The position numbers and the translations under genes were made by a program. A DNA stretch of 25,394 bases from Nitrospirota bacterium (GTDB taxonomy: Bacteria > Nitrospirota > Thermodesulfovibrionia > Thermodesulfovibrionales > BMS3Bbin05). Below, one piece after another: positions 24,239 through 25,394 of the stretch; the stretch's first letter is position 1; every line of letters begins with the position of its first letter. The stretch lies in contig CP070669.1 in NCBI GenBank assembly GCA_020351835.1, forward strand, positions 1,575,999 to 1,601,392, written 5' to 3'. Under the pieces are notes generated by a model. That model ran no database searches, was not told the DNA's origin, and worked only from the letters and a program-made list of their open reading frames with translations.

Positions 24239-25348
24239 ATGGCTGAAGAAACAATAATAACTCCTGATCTGAATTTTGTCAGGTCATTGAAAGGAGCAGG
24301 AGCCGAGACGCTGAAAAAGTGTTACCAGTGTGCAACGTGCTCTGTTGTATGCCCGATCTCGCCGGATGACAAACCTTTCCCTCGTAAGGAGATGGTGATG
24401 GCGCAGTGGGGTATGAAGCAGGAGCTGGCGGCCGATCCGGATGTATGGCTATGCCATAACTGCAATGATTGCTCCAAGTACTGCCCCAGAGGAGCAAGGC
24501 CTGGAGACGTGCTGAGCGTAATGAGGCAGAAGGCTATTGAAGAGAACGCGGTACCGGGATTCATGGGAAAGATAGTCAGGAACCCGTTCCTTGCTCTGCT
24601 GATCCCGATAATCCTGTTCCTTGCGGTGCTTGGCTCCACCGGTCACCTGAAGGCGCCTGGTGAGGGTGCAATTGAGTATTCGAACTTCATGCCGGTAACC
24701 TACATCGAGATCATATTCATGTCAGCGGTAGGTCTGGCCGGAATTACATATCTGGTGAGCCTTATGAAGTTCTGGAAGACGATGGGGTCAAACGGTGCTG
24801 CAACGTCAAAGGGTTTTGTCCCTTCGCTGATAGCAACACTGGTTGAGCTTATCTCACATAAGCGTTTTGCCAAGTGTGAGGCAAACGGTGACAGAAGGAT
24901 AGGGCATCTGCTGGTGCTGTATGCATTTATCGGTCTTGCTATAACGACTATATGGATCACTTACTACTATTATGTGCCTCACATCGAGACGCACATACCG
25001 CTTAGTGACCCTATGAAATGGCTTGGTAATGGTAGCGCCGCAGCGCTGATCATCGGTTCTCTGATACTTGTAGCTAACAGGATGAAGGATAAGGGGATAG
25101 ACACCATAAGTTCTTCCTTTGACTGGACTTTCCTTATCATGATAGTACTGCTTGCCATATCGGGTATTGCCACCGAAGCAGTAAGGCTGGCGGGGATCAA
25201 GTCAATTGCTTATCCGGTCTACTTTGTTCATCTTGTGTTTGTTTTCTATACGATCGTCTATTTCCCGTATTCCAAGCTTGCTCATATGGGATACAGGGCA
25301 TTGGCTATAACCTATGCAAAGATGGCTGACAGAGATGTTCAGCTGTAG
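24239..25348 (+). CDS. qmoC: Quinone-interacting membrane-bound oxidoreductase subunit C (HdrC-like Fe-S domain fused to HdrE/NarI-like membrane cytochrome b domain)
   Basis: 369 aa. The N-terminus has CYQCATCSVVCP and CHNCNDCSKYCP. About six TM helices with conserved His residues follow. GGAGG RBS. Confidence 0.9.
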   Translation: MAEETIITPDLNFVRSLKGAGAETLKKCYQCATCSVVCPISPDDKPFPRKEMVMAQWGMKQELAADPDVWLCHNCNDCSKYCPRGARPGDVLSVMRQKAIEENAVPGFMGKIVRNPFLALLIPIILFLAVLGSTGHLKAPGEGAIEYSNFMPVTYIEIIFMSAVGLAGITYLVSLMKFWKTMGSNGAATSKGFVPSLIATLVELISHKRFAKCEANGDRRIGHLLVLYAFIGLAITTIWITYYYYVPHIETHIPLSDPMKWLGNGSAAALIIGSLILVANRMKDKGIDTISSSFDWTFLIMIVLLAISGIATEAVRLAGIKSIAYPVYFVHLVFVFYTIVYFPYSKLAHMGYRALAITYAKMADRDVQL

Positions 25349-25360
25349 CCGGGAGGTTCA

Positions 25361-25394
25361 ATGAAAGTTAAGGACCTGTTAAAAGAAAAAGGTA
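25361..25394 (+). CDS. Start of an unidentified gene (11 codons visible)
   Basis: GGGAGG lies 6 nt before ATG 25361. The visible sequence is MKVKDLLKEKG and then runs off the window. No function can be assigned. Confidence 0.4.
   Translation, partial: MKVKDLLKEKG

Noticed and set aside
915-24960. Numerous antisense or out-of-frame ORFs of 60-160 aa inside the large genes (for example 915-1289, 5556-6035, 9325-9546, 10690-11175, 13878-14288, 16778-17191, 19350-19721, 21837-22271, 23008-23346).
   Set aside because: All lie entirely within confidently assigned genes. They have low-complexity or skewed composition, no RBS and no recognisable motifs. They are typical shadow ORFs.
1-25394. Search for CRISPR arrays, IS or transposase genes, integrases, phage genes or long repeats.
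   Set aside because: None were seen. The only internal similarities are expected paralogue pairs (mrpD copies, TauE copies, qmoA/qmoB HdrA-like cores).

Overview
This window looks like chromosomal DNA from an anaerobic sulfur-cycling bacterium with standard code 11; TGA is a frequent genuine stop. In order it contains: (1) the 5' end of ileS on the minus strand. (2) A small ORF at 301-513 that the ORF track missed because it has four in-frame TGA codons. It has a near-consensus promoter and a strong RBS, and it sits just upstream of a 537-aa radical SAM/SPASM enzyme. I read this pair as an SbtA/SbtM-like selenocysteine RiPP cassette, and it is the most interesting element here. (3) A nine-gene Mrp-type cation/proton antiporter operon in the Mbh-like order E-F-G-(MbhD/MnhB fusion)-C-D-D-small-L-like. 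(4) Two TauE/SafE-family anion permeases flanking a small membrane protein. (5) A secreted ankyrin-repeat protein on the minus strand. (6) A CPA2 antiporter and NhaA. (7) A complete dissimilatory APS-pathway block, adk-sat-aprBA-qmoABC, followed by the first 11 codons of another gene. No rRNA, tRNA, CRISPR array or mobile element was seen. All family assignments come from motif recognition by eye. No database search was run.
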